Shown piece after piece: positions 61,201-64,000 of a stretch of 64,000 bases of DNA. Made by a program: the position numbers and the translations under genes. Every line of letters begins with the position of its first letter. The first letter of the stretch is position 1. Source of the DNA: Reclinomonas americana ATCC 50394 (lineage: Eukaryota); NCBI GenBank assembly GCA_048213135.1, contig PS015054.1, positions 257,812-321,811 of the forward strand, read 5' to 3'. The notes beneath the pieces were generated by a model. It was given only the letters and a program-made list of their open reading frames with translations, ran no database searches and was not told the DNA's origin.

Positions 61201-64000
61201 GCACTGTGTGCTCTGTTGGTGGTTGCTGACGTGCGGTGCTGCAGGTACACCTATTCCGGACGAGCTCGCTGTGTGCCACCTCGACCGATCACCGTGACCG
61301 ATCGGCGGCCCAAGCGCTTGCCGCCTACAAGCTGCCGTACGAGGCCTTCTGGTTGCAATTCCATCCCTCGCGATCCGAGTTCCTCGCCGCCTGCGGTCTG
61401 CGCAACTGCTCGGTGTTGGTGCTGCACAACAATCGTGTCGAACGCGAGGTGTCCATCACTCTCGGTCTCGACATGGTGGAGGTACGATTGTTTGTGGGGT
61501 GTGTGTGTGTGTGTGCGCGCGCGCGCTCCTTTTGTGTCTCCAACACTGGTGTTGCAGGAGCCGGCCTACCTTCTCAAGTGTTTCTGGTTGCGTGGCTCGG
61601 ACACGCAGCTGGTGGTCGTCTGCAACCGCTTCGTCAAGGTCTTTGACCTGGCGGTGGACACGTTCTGCCCGAAGCACAACTTTGTTGTGTTGGAGGAGCC
61701 GATTCGCGACGCGACCGTGGCCGACTTTGGCGATCACCGAGTCATGTTTGTGATGACTGAGAGCGGCGCAGTGCTGCAGCAACAAATGTTCGACATTGTC
61801 GACGGCGATGGTGGACCGTGCATCATGTCGTGTACCGTGGAAGTGCCGCGCACGGGTTCTCGGTGAGGCCAGTCGTGTGCATGTGTGTGTGTGCGTGTGC
61901 GTGTGTGTTTTCTGATTCGTATTGACCTGTATCAGCAATCCGGGCGTCGCACTGTACTACCACCCGTCGCTGCAGTTGCTGCTGGCCACATTTGCGCAGG
62001 AGCGTAAACTCGCTCTGCGACTTGACGTTGCGTTGCACCTAGTCTCTTGCTGTCTGTCTGTGTCTGTTGCCGACTGATTCAGTTCTGCGCTGCAGCCTAC
62101 GACTTGCGAGGTTGTCGGTTCATTTGAGTTCCAGAACGGTGACGATGGAGAGAGCGCTGTGGCCAAGGATGCGCCGCTGTTGCACTTTGGTGTTGTTGAC
62201 GAGTTCCCGTCGCTGTTGCTGGCTTCATCGCTCAAGAACAAGCGGCCGTACGCCATGTCGTGGACCGGCGACAAGTTGGTGGTGCAGCCACTCACAGTTG
62301 CGTGCTGAGTGAGCGAGTGTGTGCGAGAGCAGCAACTCACTGTGCGCATGCAGACGGACGAATCTCCGGCGTTCGGCTCCGTGTGCCCTGCCATTGTTGG
62401 TGGGGTGCCGTGGACCATGGTGCTGCACGAAGATGGCTCGCTTAGTGCCTGGCGACTTACTGATGTGCGACTGCGAACTCTTCGCGTCGGCGTGCGCTCT
62501 CCTCACCTGCTGGCGCGCAAGAGCGAGTTCTTCTCGCGCGCGTTTGCCACCATGGCCAGAGAAGATGTGCGTCTACGTAGTCATCGGAGCAGCAGCAGCT
62601 TCTGCTCGAAGAGTGTCCTCATTTCTCGAATCGCTTGCAGAGTGCCAGCGAACCGTCGATCGACGCTTTCGAGCGCAGCCAATGCGACAAGGGCAGCATT
62701 GTGTACAGCGGCGATTTCTCGTCCGTGTACAGCGCCTCGCAGCTGCGTAGACGTCTGACCAGCAATCCGGAAGATGGACACGTTGAGTCACCGGTGGAGC
62801 GACCGACGCTGCACATTGCGTGCCAGAAGGCCGATTTGGTAAGTGTTCACTCTCCTCTTGTTTTGCACTCTCGGTTACTGAAGCACCCCGATGTTTTGAG
62901 CGCAGGTAATGGTGGGCGCTCGAGTGTTCCTGGGCCACGGCTCACCCAACAACATTCCGTCGTACATTCAACTCACCAACTCGGGACGCATGATTCCGAC
63001 GATGCAAAACTGTGAGCGCTTCTACGACGTGCCGCTCTCGCTGAATGAGATTCGTGAGGCAATGAGCAACGGCAACAAGGTTTGGCGTGTGCGTGACGAA
63101 GACTTGACGCACGAGTACGCATCCTCAACTGCCCCATCGCAGTTTTCTCTCACGTTTGGTCCGCCACCCACTGGCAACGCCGGCTGGATCAATGCGGTTG
63201 ACGTGTATGTGCGTGCGCGTCCCGAATTCGAGGCGTCCATCGGTGCGAGCTCCGCGGCATCTCTGCAGCACGGTAATCAAACGCACACACGCGCGCGTCT
63301 GTTGTTGTGGTTCGATGCTGACCACGATTCTCAGCGGCGGCCACGGGAACCGTAGATCCGCATCTGCTGTCTCTCATTCGAGACACAGAGCCGCCTCGCG
63401 AGCTTGCCTCGCTCGTCGACTGCGTGAGTGTCGTTGGTTCGGCGCTGTCCGTCGTACCGCGCGCTGCCACTGAGGTGCGTGCATATATATTCAGTGAACG
63501 TGAGCGTGCAGGTTCGCCGCTCACTGTGCTGTGACAGGCTGTCCGCGAGCGTGTGAGACGTCTTGGTGCGCGTGTGCTGGGCGACCCCGAGTTTGACGCC
63601 GTCGCCGCCGTCATGAAGCGTGCACTCTTCTTCCTGCCCTCGGGTGGCGTCTCCGTGAGTCTGCCCGAGCTCAAGGCCGAACTCGGATTGGCCTTTGTTG
63701 ATGATGTGGCACGGGTGCGTAACGAGCCACCCATCCAGCATTCTCTCTCACGCCTGTCTTCTGATGTGTGTGTTTGTGCGCAGTTGTCTCGTGCGCCGCT
63801 CTCCGTCGGTGATCTCGAGGCTGCCGTGCTGGTCCTCCGCAAGGTCAGTGTTGCCGCCGGGTGTGTGTGTGTGTGTGTGTGTATATCGTTGCTTCTCACC
63901 GAGAGTGTGTGGTGTCGCAGGCATGCAGCCGCGGTGTCAACGTGGTGCACTCGTTCGCATCACTGCAGTACGTGCTCGATTCGTACACGACCTTGTGTCA
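52965..64000 (+). CDS. UBR4: UBR4/BIG/p600 giant E3/E4 ligase, 5' part (runs off the window)
   Basis: UBR box CTFASTGQEYCEQSWYYCYTCGLVGNSGACTACAKTCHRGHDVAYSRTSSFYCDCG; propeller EFLAACGLRNCSVL and WLRGSDTQLVVVCNRFVKVFDL; DOC-like VGARVFLG..IPSYI..GRMI..RFYDVPL. Confidence 0.92.

Noticed and set aside
3657-62353. GTTGCG-starting introns as an Introner-like transposon family
   Set aside because: Beyond the first 6-7 nt I see no shared internal sequence, terminal inverted repeats or consistent target duplications. An all-vs-all alignment would be needed to exclude old copies.
1-64000. Alternative genetic code or stop-codon reassignment
   Set aside because: Apparent in-frame stops are removed by GT-AG introns, and conserved genes end properly at TAA (PSMA2), TGA (Rpn8, MMS19) and TAG (YbaB).
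1-64000. CRISPR arrays, tRNA/rRNA genes, transposase or RT ORFs
   Set aside because: No spaced direct repeats, RNA-gene hallmarks or mobile-element motifs recognised by eye. Small ncRNAs cannot be excluded without a covariance-model search.

Overview
Gene-dense, GC-rich eukaryotic (protist-like) nuclear DNA with about 21 protein genes. Most are split by many short (about 55-90 nt) GT-AG spliceosomal introns, with CA/GT/GA microsatellites and two N gaps. The standard genetic code is used (TAA, TAG and TGA all terminate conserved genes). Recognisable genes are an EF-hand protein, Rpn8/PSMD7, a degenerate heme peroxidase, a RING-H2 ligase, PSMA2, RsmE, MMS19, an RGLG-like copine/U-box ligase, a large P-loop protein, YbaB/EbfC, GH38 alpha-mannosidase, a vWA protein, a pseudo-kinesin, an IQ protein, an ankyrin+PH protein, a secreted TIG/H-lectin protein, a CDKL kinase and the 5' part of UBR4/BIG. 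The most striking signal is in the introns. About 29 donors read GTTGCG(T) or GTTGAGT, i.e. the common GTGCGT/GTGAGT donor shifted by one base. They lack G+5 and mostly have A rather than G at -1, suggesting a large class of shifted-register 5' splice sites. Also noted: a 4-nt microexon, a 54-aa Tom7-like ORF below the ORF-track cutoff, and an intron-containing bacterial-length YbaB. All gene models were spliced by hand without RNA data.
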